IMG/VR virus record: IMGVR_UViG_3300021389_000012
Coordinates: 12,530 to 76,529 of that record
Strand: one strand, 5' to 3'
Source: a virus
DNA length: 64,000 nt
Position 1 is the stretch's first letter. The number at the start of each line of letters is the position of its first letter. Below are positions 18,435-28,278 of this stretch, piece by piece. The position numbers and the translations under genes are program-made. The notes under the pieces were generated by a model, which was given only the letters and a program-made list of their open reading frames with translations, did no database searches and had not been told where the DNA came from.

Positions 18435-21056
18435 ATGGCTTTTAGACAAATTAAAACTCCTGCTCTAGCAGATCAGGCAGTTATCACAGCCAAGCTCGAC
18501 GTTACAGCAGTTTCAGGCCACTCTGCGGTTACTTCGCTTATCGGTGCAGACGAGTTTTTAGTACATGATTCAGCAAACGGTGCCTTGAAAAAGATCACCT
18601 CAGCTAATTTAATTGCTAACTACGACACTGACGATATTACAGAAGGTTCAAGTAACTTATACTATACTGATGCTCGTGTTGAATCAGCAATAGACGGTTA
18701 TGTAACTGGCGGGACTGGTGTTACAGTTTCAAGTGGTGCTATTTCGATTGGACAGGACGTTTCTACTACAGCAAACGTAACGTTTAACAACATAGCAGTA
18801 GACGGTACACTAACAACAGACGACATTACAGCAGCTACAGTAACAGCTTCTGGTAACATGATTGTTGGTGGTGACTTAACAGTTCAAGGTACAACAACAT
18901 CAGTTAACTCAACAACAGTTGAAATTTCTGATAACATTCTTGTATTAAACAAAGACGCAACAAGCGGTACAATAGACGCAGGTATCGTAGTTGAACGTGG
19001 ATCAGATGGCGACAAGCAGTTCATCTGGGACGAAACAAACGATCGTTGGTCAACAGACGGCGAATCACTTGCAGCATCAATAATTGGTAACGTAGTAGGT
19101 AATGTAACTGGTACAGTTTCATCTATTGCTAACCATGACACTGATTCTTTAAGTGAAGGTTCAAGCAACCTATATTATACATCAGCTCGTTTTGATGCAG
19201 CCTTGGCAGCATCAGATACAGATGATTTAAGTGAAGGTTCAAGTAACTTATACTTTACATCAGCTCGTTCAGAAGCATCATTTGACACAAAATTAGCAGC
19301 AGCTGATTCAGATGATTTGAGCGAAGGTTCAACTAACTTATATTTCACAAACGCTCGTGCAGACGCAGTAATTGCCGCAGCATCAGTTGGTGATTTATCA
19401 GACGTTGATATTTCATCTATTGCAGGCGGTAACACTATCGTTTGGGATGGAGTAAATAGCACATTTACAACTGCAGATCATTTTGATTCGGCAGACTTTG
19501 CTACAGCAGTTGCGTTGTTAGACACAAACGATATTGCTGAAGGTACAAACTTGTACTTTACAGACGCAAGAGCACGTGGTGCCATTAGTGCTGGTGGTGA
19601 TTTAGCATATAACTCATCTACGGGTGTTATGTCATTCACACAACGTACAAACTCAGAAGTTGAAGGCTTAGCAAAAGCGGCTTTATCAGCAACTGGCGAT
19701 TTAACATACAACTCATCTACGGGTGCATTTGGTGTTACAACTTATAAGACAGCAGATTTTACTACAGATCTTGCAACAAAAACAACTGACAACTTAACTG
19801 AAGGTTCAAGCAACTTATACTTTACAGATGCTCGTGTAGCCTCTTACCTTTCTTCTAACTCATATGCAACAGAAACATATGTAGATACAGCAGTACAGGC
19901 AGTTATTGACTCAGCTCCAGCAGCTTTAGACACATTGAACGAATTAGCGGCAGCACTAGGTGATGACGCCAACTTCGCAGGTACAATGACAACATCTTTA
20001 GCAGGCAAACTAGCACTAGCTGGTGGAACAATGACTGGCGACATCGCAATGGGTTCAAACTCAATTACAGGTCTTGCAGCTCCGGCAGCAGGTGGCGATG
20101 CAGCTAACAAAACTTACGTTGATGGTGAAGTTACAACAATCAACAGCACAATCTCAGCGTTAGACACTGATGATGTTGCTGAAGGTTCAACTAACTTATA
20201 TTACACATCAGCACGTGGTGAAGCAATGTTTGATACAAAGATTGCAGCAGCTTCAATCAATGCTCTTTTAGACGTTGATACAACAGGCGCAGCAGCTGAT
20301 AAGGTTCTGAAATATGATGCCGTAAACAGCAAATGGGTAGTTGGCGATGCAGCAGCAACAGTTCTAACATTAACAGACGTTACAGATAACGACTATACAA
20401 ACAAAGCTGATTATGTTTTACAAGTAAATACCGGTGCAACCGCTATGGAACTTGTAGATCCAGCAACAGTTGTATGGGGTTCACAAGATCGTGTAGTATT
20501 AAACGGTTCAGGAGTAGCAACTTACTCACTAGGCTTTACTGGCTCACAGAGTCACGCTTATGTGTTTGTAGGTGGTGTTATTCAAGATCCAACAACTCAC
20601 TACACTATCACTGGTTCATCAATTACATTTACTTCTAACATTCCATCTGGAACGCAAGCAGTTGTAATTAACCCAGCAGTAGCTTCAGTACCATACTTAC
20701 AACCAGCGTCAGTTACAGCTGATAAACTAGGTGCAAGCGTTAAAGCGTATGTACAAGGTTCAGATGTATCGGCAACTGGTTCAACTACTATTGATACTTT
20801 TGCAGGCGGAACATACCGTTCAGCAAAATACATCATGCAAGTTGATGATGGTTCTGGTAACTATGAAACAAGAGAAGCATTGGTTGTACACGATGGTACA
20901 ACTGCATACATTACAGAATATGCTATGGTTTATACCGGCGCAGATTTATTGGGTGATGCAAGTGTTACTATGTCGGGCAGCGATGTTTTACTTCAGTATA
21001 CACCAACTTCAGGTACAGTCACAGTGAAAGTTATTGCAACTTACATTGATGTCTAA
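18435..21056 (+). CDS. long fibre protein with repeated DTDDLSEGSxNLY(F/Y)T units
   Basis: Seven repeat units, APAALDTLNELAAALGDD and a C-terminal YRSAKY domain. Start reassigned to ATG 18435 after GGAG. Confidence 0.75.
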   Translation: MAFRQIKTPALADQAVITAKLDVTAVSGHSAVTSLIGADEFLVHDSANGALKKITSANLIANYDTDDITEGSSNLYYTDARVESAIDGYVTGGTGVTVSSGAISIGQDVSTTANVTFNNIAVDGTLTTDDITAATVTASGNMIVGGDLTVQGTTTSVNSTTVEISDNILVLNKDATSGTIDAGIVVERGSDGDKQFIWDETNDRWSTDGESLAASIIGNVVGNVTGTVSSIANHDTDSLSEGSSNLYYTSARFDAALAASDTDDLSEGSSNLYFTSARSEASFDTKLAAADSDDLSEGSTNLYFTNARADAVIAAASVGDLSDVDISSIAGGNTIVWDGVNSTFTTADHFDSADFATAVALLDTNDIAEGTNLYFTDARARGAISAGGDLAYNSSTGVMSFTQRTNSEVEGLAKAALSATGDLTYNSSTGAFGVTTYKTADFTTDLATKTTDNLTEGSSNLYFTDARVASYLSSNSYATETYVDTAVQAVIDSAPAALDTLNELAAALGDDANFAGTMTTSLAGKLALAGGTMTGDIAMGSNSITGLAAPAAGGDAANKTYVDGEVTTINSTISALDTDDVAEGSTNLYYTSARGEAMFDTKIAAASINALLDVDTTGAAADKVLKYDAVNSKWVVGDAAATVLTLTDVTDNDYTNKADYVLQVNTGATAMELVDPATVVWGSQDRVVLNGSGVATYSLGFTGSQSHAYVFVGGVIQDPTTHYTITGSSITFTSNIPSGTQAVVINPAVASVPYLQPASVTADKLGASVKAYVQGSDVSATGSTTIDTFAGGTYRSAKYIMQVDDGSGNYETREALVVHDGTTAYITEYAMVYTGADLLGDASVTMSGSDVLLQYTPTSGTVTVKVIATYIDV

Positions 21057-21202
21057 GTACTAGATTAACATAGGGGCGTTGCGTAAGCGGCGTCCCATTA
21101 ATTGTAAAATTTTTAATAATAGTATTTTACAGTTAAGAAAAAGAGATAAACAAATTCGATACTCTATGTATTGAAAACTTTTTGATCAAAAGGAGTCATA
21201 AA

Positions 21203-22342
21203 ATGGCACAAAGAAAATTTAAAATCGATGGTGGTTTTTCTACTGATGATGCTTCCGAGTTACTAGCTAATTTGACTATGGGTGGTACAATTGATATGGA
21301 TTCTAATAAAATCCTTAACGTTGCTACTCCATCAGCAGACACAGATGCAGCTAACAAGGCATATGTTGACGGCGTTGTTGACGCGGCACCCGGTGCGTTA
21401 GATACATTAAATGAACTAGCAGCAGCACTAGGTGATGATGCAAACTTCAGTACAACAATCACAAACTCAATTGCTACTAAGGCAGCGACAACATATGTTG
21501 ACGCCGAAATAGCAACTGTACAAGGCGAATTTGCAACAGCAGATACAAACTTAACAACAAGTTTGCAATCATATGCAGATACAGCCGAAGCAGATGCAAT
21601 AGCAACTGCGGCAGCAGATGCAACATCTAAAGCAGATGCGGCACAGGCGGCAGCAGAAGCAACGGCGGCAGGTGCAAACACATCACTACAAACTGCTATG
21701 GAAACATATGCAGATACAGCCGAAGCAGACGCAATTTCTACAGCGGCAGCAGATGCAACATCTAAAGCAAATGCGGCAGTTGTAACAGCAAATGGTTACA
21801 CTGATACGCAAGTAGCGGCACTAGTTGACTCAGCTCCAGGTACATTAGATACATTAAATGAACTTGCAGCAGCACTAGGTGATGACGCCAACTATGCGGC
21901 ATCAGTAACATCGGCTATTTCAGCGGCACAAACTGCAGCTCAAAACTATGCAGATGCAAACGATGCCAACACTACATACACAGCAGGTAACGGTATGACG
22001 TTAAGTGGTACTGAATTCTTAATGAGTGGTTCATATACTGGTAGCTTTACAGCAACTGGTGACATTACTGCTTATTCAGATGATAGTTTGAAAACTAACG
22101 TTCAAGTTATTGACGGTGCATTAGGCAAAGTTGAAGCAATTCGCGGTGTTACGTTTGAAAGAATTGAAGACGGTTCAGTATCAACAGGTGTTATCGCCCA
22201 GGAACTTAAAGCAGTACTTCCTGAAGCAGTACACACAGATGCAGAAGGTGTTCATTCAGTAGCATACGGAAACATTACAGGTCTACTAATTGAAGCGGTT
22301 AAGGAATTATCAGCTCAAGTAGAAGAACTTAAAGCTAAGTAA
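21203..22342 (+). CDS. fibre protein with C-terminal peptidase S74 intramolecular chaperone
   Basis: GDITAYSDDSLKTNV...GVIAQEL...VAYGNITGLLIEAVKEL, plus Ala-rich coiled-coil repeats. Start taken after AGGAG. Confidence 0.85.
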   Translation: MAQRKFKIDGGFSTDDASELLANLTMGGTIDMDSNKILNVATPSADTDAANKAYVDGVVDAAPGALDTLNELAAALGDDANFSTTITNSIATKAATTYVDAEIATVQGEFATADTNLTTSLQSYADTAEADAIATAAADATSKADAAQAAAEATAAGANTSLQTAMETYADTAEADAISTAAADATSKANAAVVTANGYTDTQVAALVDSAPGTLDTLNELAAALGDDANYAASVTSAISAAQTAAQNYADANDANTTYTAGNGMTLSGTEFLMSGSYTGSFTATGDITAYSDDSLKTNVQVIDGALGKVEAIRGVTFERIEDGSVSTGVIAQELKAVLPEAVHTDAEGVHSVAYGNITGLLIEAVKELSAQVEELKAK

Positions 22343-22363
22343 TTAGAATTTAATTACAAAACT

Positions 22364-22391
22364 AAAGCAGGGTGAAAGCCCTGCTTTTTTT
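22364..22391 (+). terminator. Rho-independent terminator
   Basis: AAAGCAGGGT-GAAA-GCCCTGCTTTTTTT. Confidence 0.85.
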
Positions 22392-22416
22392 ATGGCCGTA
22401 TAAAAGTTTGTTTGTG

Positions 22417-22454
22417 ATAAATACTACTATAATTAATAAATACTACTATAATTA
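22417..22454 (+). repeat. 19-bp tandem duplication containing the late promoter
   Basis: ATAAATACTACTATAATTA occurs twice. Confidence 0.9.
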
Positions 22455-22469
22455 AAGGAAATTACTATC

Positions 22470-23678
22470 ATGGCGTTTAGAGGAATACAATCAACTAATA
22501 TAATCAGTACAGAAGTCGGATTCACAGATCCAGTTCTTATACTGAACAAAGATGGATCAACTGCTGTTGATGTTGGATTTTTAGGTAAAATAGGATCTAC
22601 ATCATATGCAGGACTTGTTAAAGACAGTACTACAGAAGATTTTCTTTTAATAAAATCAATCAGTATAAATTCAAGTTCAATTAATGATATTGATGCTACA
22701 GATTTAAGTTTAGTAAAAGGTGATCTTGTAGTAGAAACAGTTACAGGTGATCTTGTAGGCGATGTTACCGGACAAGTAAGTGATATCAGCAATTTTAACA
22801 CAGATAGTTTAAGTGAAGGTTCGACTAATCTTTATTATACAACAACACGAGCAGATGCAGATTTTGATACTAGAATTGCAACTAAAAATACAGACAATTT
22901 AAGCGAAGGATCAACTAATTTATATTTTACTAATGCTAGAGCAGACGCAAGAGCACAATTAAAATTTGATGAACTAGTAGGCGCTGCTCCTTCGGCACTA
23001 AACACACTAGATGAACTTGCTGCAGCCTTAGGCGATGATGCTAATTTTAGTACAACTGTTACAAACAGTATTGCCGCAAAGTTACCACTTGCTGGTGGTA
23101 CACTAACAGGTAATTTAGTATTTGGTGATAATGTTAAAGCTACTTTTGGAGATAGCAGTGATTTACAAATATATCACGATGGTTCTAATAGTTTTATTAC
23201 AGAAGCCTCTGGTACAGGTGAGCTTTACATTAGAGGAACAAACATAATATTTAAATCTGGTGCAGACAATGACGATTATATTAAATGTCACGAAAATGGA
23301 GATGTAATACTGTATTATTCAAATGCACAAAAATTAGCAACAACTAGTGCAGGTATATCGGTAACAGGTGCTATTACAGCCTCAGGAGATATTACTGCTT
23401 ACTCAGATGATAGTTTAAAAACCAATGTACAAGTCATTGACAACGCAGTAGGTAAAGTAGAGCAATTACGAGGAGTAACATTTGATCGTATAGAAGATGG
23501 ATCTACTTCTACTGGTGTTATTGCACAAGAACTCAAAGAAGTACTTCCAGAAGCAGTACACACAGATGAACAAGGAGTACACTCTGTTGCATATGGTAAT
23601 GTTGTTGGCTTATTAATTGAAGCAATCAAAGAACAACAGAAACAAATTGATGAACTTATAAAAGCTAATAAGTCATAA
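22470..23678 (+). CDS. fibre protein with peptidase S74 chaperone
   Basis: Two SEGSTNLY repeats, ELAAALGDD and GDITAYSDDSLKTNV...GVIAQEL. Confidence 0.85.
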   Translation: MAFRGIQSTNIISTEVGFTDPVLILNKDGSTAVDVGFLGKIGSTSYAGLVKDSTTEDFLLIKSISINSSSINDIDATDLSLVKGDLVVETVTGDLVGDVTGQVSDISNFNTDSLSEGSTNLYYTTTRADADFDTRIATKNTDNLSEGSTNLYFTNARADARAQLKFDELVGAAPSALNTLDELAAALGDDANFSTTVTNSIAAKLPLAGGTLTGNLVFGDNVKATFGDSSDLQIYHDGSNSFITEASGTGELYIRGTNIIFKSGADNDDYIKCHENGDVILYYSNAQKLATTSAGISVTGAITASGDITAYSDDSLKTNVQVIDNAVGKVEQLRGVTFDRIEDGSTSTGVIAQELKEVLPEAVHTDEQGVHSVAYGNVVGLLIEAIKEQQKQIDELIKANKS

Positions 23679-23706
23679 ATACATTAAATAGAACGGAGAA
23701 AGAGCA

Positions 23707-25290
23707 ATGGCTTTTTATATAGGAACAGACAAAGTAATTGAAGATACAGATGCAACGGCAGGTATTTCCACTAGTAGTAATTTAGATAAATTACAAATTA
23801 ATGGAACTGATGTACTAACGCATGATGGTAGTACAGTTACATTAAAAAATGTAGATATTAATGATGCAATTGAAGGCTCAATAAATACCGATAATCTTAC
23901 AGAAGGTTCTACAAACCTGTTCTATGCAACAAGTTTATTTAATACAGATTTAGCATCTAAATCAACAAGTGATTTAGCAGAAGGCACAAACTTATATTAC
24001 ACAGACGCAAGAGCAGATGCTAGAGTTGACGCAGGATTTAGTGCAAAGTCAACAACAAATTTATCAGAAGGTACTAACTTATATTATACAGACGCAAGAG
24101 TTAGTGCATTATTAGGCGGCGGTGGCGGTACTACTTATGCAACACAAACATACGTTGACACAGCCGAAACAGACGCAAATACATACACAGATACTGCAAT
24201 ATCAAATTTAGTAGATACTGCACCAGCAACATTAGACACATTAAACGAGTTGGCTGCAGCACTTGGCGATGATCCTGCTTTTGCAACAACAGTAACAAAT
24301 AACATTGCAACAAAAATTGGCAATGTTGTAGAAGATACAACACCACAACTTGGTGGAGATTTAGATGTAAATGACCATCGAATAGTTTCAACTGGATCAA
24401 ATGATATTGAAATATTAACAGGTACAGGCGCAGACCAATTGAGTATAGGACTTGGGTCAATAGCAGGTACAGGATACACAGGACAAGGAATGGGAATTGC
24501 ATCATCTACTAATGCAGGGTCAGATCTTATACTATTAGGAGATCTTGATTTTACAGGTAGTGGATATGTAGGTGAATTTATAGGAACAGTAGCACTAGAT
24601 GGAGCAACTAGTAATTTAGGTTATTTTGGATTAACATCATCAACATTTAATGGATCTTCTGTAGCATTTAATACAATGTTTGCGCCATCAATACCTTGCG
24701 AGATAGCAGGTATGACTGGAACAGCAAATGAAGTTGGATTAGTAATAGGCTCATCAACTGAAGCAAGAATTCATCAAATTGATAGTTCCGGTAATACAAT
24801 ATTTAAATTACCAGCAACAGATGGAACAGCAAACCAAGTTTTAAAAACGGATGGTGCTGGAGATCTATCATGGGTTGCACAAACAAGTAATACCAACACT
24901 ACATACACAGCAGGTAATGGATTAACATTAAACACTACAGAATTTGAAATGAGTGGTTCATATACTGGTAGCTTTACAGCAACTGGTGACATTACTGCAT
25001 ATTCAGATGCAAGATTAAAAAGAAACGTAGAAACTATTAGTAACCCAGTAGATTTAGTTAACTGTTTAAGAGGTGTAAACTTTGAAAAAGACGGTAGACA
25101 CAGCACTGGTGTTATTGCACAAGAAGTAGAAGAGTTTTTACCTGAGGTAGTTCATACAGATGCTGAAGGAATGAAGTCTGTAGCATATGGAAATATATCA
25201 GGATTGTTAATCGAAGCAATCAAAGAACAACAAAAGACTATAGAACATCTACAAAAACAAATCACAGATTTGCAAAATAAAAATTCTTAA
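23707..25290 (+). CDS. fibre protein with peptidase S74 chaperone
   Basis: Three EGxxNLY repeats, DTTPQLGGDLD and GDITAYSDARLKRNV...GVIAQEV; late promoter at 23675. Confidence 0.85.
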   Translation: MAFYIGTDKVIEDTDATAGISTSSNLDKLQINGTDVLTHDGSTVTLKNVDINDAIEGSINTDNLTEGSTNLFYATSLFNTDLASKSTSDLAEGTNLYYTDARADARVDAGFSAKSTTNLSEGTNLYYTDARVSALLGGGGGTTYATQTYVDTAETDANTYTDTAISNLVDTAPATLDTLNELAAALGDDPAFATTVTNNIATKIGNVVEDTTPQLGGDLDVNDHRIVSTGSNDIEILTGTGADQLSIGLGSIAGTGYTGQGMGIASSTNAGSDLILLGDLDFTGSGYVGEFIGTVALDGATSNLGYFGLTSSTFNGSSVAFNTMFAPSIPCEIAGMTGTANEVGLVIGSSTEARIHQIDSSGNTIFKLPATDGTANQVLKTDGAGDLSWVAQTSNTNTTYTAGNGLTLNTTEFEMSGSYTGSFTATGDITAYSDARLKRNVETISNPVDLVNCLRGVNFEKDGRHSTGVIAQEVEEFLPEVVHTDAEGMKSVAYGNISGLLIEAIKEQQKTIEHLQKQITDLQNKNS

Positions 25291-25395
25291 TAATACAGAA
25301 TAATATACTACTATATGCTATGAAGCGTTTAGGATAAATATAAATGCAAGCAATAAGCATGCAATTATCGATAATTACAAGCAAGGAGTCAACAC

Positions 25396-25581
25396 ATGGC
25401 ATTACCAGCAACAGGCGCCGCAATAACAATGGGTCAAGTACGAACTTACTTTGGACTTAGTGGAACAATTTCAATGAGTACACTTGGTAACTTCATTTCA
25501 CCATCAGTAACAACAAACATTCAGCTTTCAGCTACGTTTGGCGGATGGCAGAATCCAAACTCAACAGGTGCGGACGGTTAA
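25396..25581 (+). CDS. 61-aa putative fibre-tip cap (minimal gp38-like adhesin attachment domain)
   Basis: MALPATGAAITMGQVRTYFG...ISMS resembles the MALPxSG.ISxxxI N-termini that follow S74 fibres. RBS AAGGAG; late promoter at 25334. Confidence 0.5.
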   Translation: MALPATGAAITMGQVRTYFGLSGTISMSTLGNFISPSVTTNIQLSATFGGWQNPNSTGADG

Positions 25582-25605
25582 TTTAATTAACTAAATAAAA
25601 CTAGT

Positions 25606-25653
25606 AATAACGCTGTTATTTTACTTGACAGCGTTATTCTTTTATAGTAAAAT
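25606..25653 (+). promoter_or_regulatory. terminator hairpin overlapping a sigma70 promoter
   Basis: AATAACGCTGTTA/TGACAGCGTTATT stem. TTGACA (25625-25630), 17 bp spacer, TAAAAT (25648-25653). Confidence 0.7.
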
Positions 25654-25693
25654 ATAATAAATTACAAAAGTAAACTCAACACAGGAGAAAACA

Positions 25694-26116
25694 ATGAGTA
25701 TTAGAACACGCTTCGAAATCGAAACGTTTGTGCTTGGTGCACACCCAACAGCGGCACGTAAGGCACACGCATTAACACAAGAGCTTATGCAAGCTCGAGA
25801 ACAACAACACCCAGACCTTCCAGTATTAGAAGAAATATATGCAAACTTTAGTGCAGAACATGATGTAGATGCATTATTGTCTAGCATTAATGATTCAGAG
25901 GAAGAATATTGGGTACATCGACTAGCCAAGCTAGCGGCAATTGATATTTTAACAATTGGTAAAGTACAACCAGAACATATGAATTATATGGTAGCATTAG
26001 AAGATGAAGCCTTTGCAGCATGTGTTAAAGAAACAACTTCAATTGCTAAACAATTGAATTACGAAGTACAGCAAATTGAAGCTGAACTTCAGTCAGAACT
26101 AGCTTCTGAAAAGTAA
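25694..26116 (+). CDS. hypothetical protein
   Basis: 140 aa helical ORF with AGGAG RBS; first gene of the glycosyltransferase operon. Confidence 0.75.
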   Translation: MSIRTRFEIETFVLGAHPTAARKAHALTQELMQAREQQHPDLPVLEEIYANFSAEHDVDALLSSINDSEEEYWVHRLAKLAAIDILTIGKVQPEHMNYMVALEDEAFAACVKETTSIAKQLNYEVQQIEAELQSELASEK

Positions 26117-26119
26117 TTA

Positions 26120-26770
26120 ATGGTCAGTACAACTAACCATTATTACAAAAAAGACAATTCCGCAAATGTAGCCATTTGTGTTCCTGTGCAGAATCAAACT
26201 ACGGCGGTCTTTGCTTATAGTTTAGCCATGCTTCAAAAAAAGTGTGGCGAGACTGGACTTGCAACTTCATTACATTTTAATATGGGTAGTGAAGTAGCAA
26301 TGCAAAGACAACAGTTAGTAGATCAAGCACTAGAAACAGATTGCACCCACATTATGTGGATTGATGCAGATATGCAATTTCCAGTAGATACGCTAAATAT
26401 ATTATTAGCATCTGATAAAGATATTATAGCTGGAAATTATTCAACAAGAGTTCCGCCCCACAGGCCGGTTGCCTTTAAAAGCAAAACTAATTTAGACAGT
26501 AGAGTTTTTACAGGAAAAGGAATTGAAAAAGTATGGGCAGTAGGAAGTGGAATGATGTTAGTAAAAAGAGAAGTATACGAGAATATTTCTCGCCCTCATT
26601 ATAAAATTGAGTATAACGAAGGTTATACTAGTTTAGTAGGAGAAGATATTTACTTTTGTAATCTAGCAAATGAAAATGGATACGAAGTAAATATTAGTCA
26701 CGATTTAAGTGATAGAATTGCACATATAGGAACTCGTGCATACACAATTAAAGGCGATTGCAATGATTAA
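26120..26770 (+). CDS. GT-A fold glycosyltransferase (GT2-like)
   Basis: VAICVP, HIMWIDADM (DxD), GSGMMLVKREVY and GEDIYFC motifs. Confidence 0.8.
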   Translation: MVSTTNHYYKKDNSANVAICVPVQNQTTAVFAYSLAMLQKKCGETGLATSLHFNMGSEVAMQRQQLVDQALETDCTHIMWIDADMQFPVDTLNILLASDKDIIAGNYSTRVPPHRPVAFKSKTNLDSRVFTGKGIEKVWAVGSGMMLVKREVYENISRPHYKIEYNEGYTSLVGEDIYFCNLANENGYEVNISHDLSDRIAHIGTRAYTIKGDCND

Positions 26771-27845
26771 TTTAGTTAACACAAAAAAAGGATTTCAAGG
26801 ACAAAGTGTAGTAACACCTTGGGATAGATTAAAAAGGTTTATGTTTGATTCATACCCAGTTATTAAGACACCCATTAAAGTAACAGACGAAGGTGCATTA
26901 CTTGATCTAGCATCTAAGTACAAAGATACACACGATATGGTTTGGGTAGTTTTTGATGAAATTGAAGTAAACCCAAATTTTACATGGCAATATAGACCTG
27001 ACGGAGAAATTGGTAAGAGCTTTATTCACACATTTCCTAGAGTAGTCAAAAGAACTAGTAGACCAGTTAGTTGGGGCGATATTCATTTAGTTCCTACACA
27101 CGGAGTATCACATGGAGTACTGCAAAACAAACTTGTATCAAGTTATCACGTAGCAGAATTTGATATATTCATGATTAGTTTCCATGAAGCAGAAGCAGAC
27201 GAAAACTTTCAAAAACTAAGAGAAAGGTTTAAAGATGCACAACATGTTAAAAATGTTGAAGGTATTGGTAATGCACATAGACGTGTAGGAGAATTAGCAA
27301 AAACAGAAATGGTTTATATTGTTGATGCTGATGCAGACATAACAGGACATTTTAGTTTTGATTATATTCCACCAATGAGTAGTAGAAAAAATACAACATT
27401 TGTATGGAGTGCAAGAAATCCAATTAATGATTTAGAATACGGTTATGGTGGTGTTAAATTATTCCCACGCGAACAGTTACTATCATTAGGACATGAGTTA
27501 CCAGACTATACAACAGGTGTAGCATTTTATCAGCCAATCTCTGATATATCAAATATTACACGATTCAATAAAGACCCATATAGAACATGGCGTAGTGCAT
27601 TCCGTGAATGTGTTAAGTTAGCAAGTTCTGTAAATCCAAATCAAAAACAAGAAGAAACAGATGCAAGACTTGAAACTTGGTGTACTGTAGACAACGGTGG
27701 ACGTTTTGGACGCTACTGTCTTAAAGGCGCAAACGAAGGTAAAGCATATGGACTTGAAAACAAAGACAATACAGAAGCATTAAATAAAATTAATGATTTT
27801 GAATGGTTACGTGAACAGTTTGTTGCTAGTATGAAAAAACGATAA
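26763..27845 (+). CDS. glycosyltransferase-like protein
   Basis: FDIFMISFHE, YIVDADA (DxD), NDLEYGYGGVKL and TWRSAFRECVKL. Start reassigned to MINLVN. Confidence 0.7.
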   Translation: MINLVNTKKGFQGQSVVTPWDRLKRFMFDSYPVIKTPIKVTDEGALLDLASKYKDTHDMVWVVFDEIEVNPNFTWQYRPDGEIGKSFIHTFPRVVKRTSRPVSWGDIHLVPTHGVSHGVLQNKLVSSYHVAEFDIFMISFHEAEADENFQKLRERFKDAQHVKNVEGIGNAHRRVGELAKTEMVYIVDADADITGHFSFDYIPPMSSRKNTTFVWSARNPINDLEYGYGGVKLFPREQLLSLGHELPDYTTGVAFYQPISDISNITRFNKDPYRTWRSAFRECVKLASSVNPNQKQEETDARLETWCTVDNGGRFGRYCLKGANEGKAYGLENKDNTEALNKINDFEWLREQFVASMKKR

Positions 27846-27846
27846 G

Positions 27847-28278
27847 TTATTTTTGTTTTGTTTGATGTGTGTATACAGTTTTAAGTTTCTTAATAAACTG
27901 TTTTGAATTAAATTGTATCTTTGCTCCAGGATGAACAGGTCTAGGCCAATTCCCAATTTTAACCCAACAATATCCATCACTTTCGTTGTTTAGTACAGGA
28001 ATGAATTCATCTTCTACTGTAACAACAAAACTGTGATATATAAATTTCTTATTAGGGCTTGTAAATTTGTTTAAAGGAATAACCTTTTCAATAGATGGAA
28101 CTATTCCTACTTCTTCTTCTATTTCTCTATATAAAGTTTCAATAGGTCTCTCATTACCTTCAGATTTGCCACCAAAAAAGCCCCATGTTCTAGGATGATT
28201 AACTTCGCCACTTCTTTGTTGTAGCATTACTCTGCCAGTATCTTTACTTAAAAATATACATCCGCTTGCAGTTATCAT
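27847..28278 (-). CDS. Nudix hydrolase
   Basis: Nudix box GGKSEGNERPIETLYREIEEEVG. Confidence 0.9.
   Translation of the reverse strand: MITASGCIFLSKDTGRVMLQQRSGEVNHPRTWGFFGGKSEGNERPIETLYREIEEEVGIVPSIEKVIPLNKFTSPNKKFIYHSFVVTVEDEFIPVLNNESDGYCWVKIGNWPRPVHPGAKIQFNSKQFIKKLKTVYTHQTKQK

Noticed and set aside
18435-25290. Diversity-generating retroelement or invertible fibre cassette
   Set aside because: The repeats are direct, in-frame protein modules without adenine-specific variation. No reverse transcriptase or invertase is present in the window.
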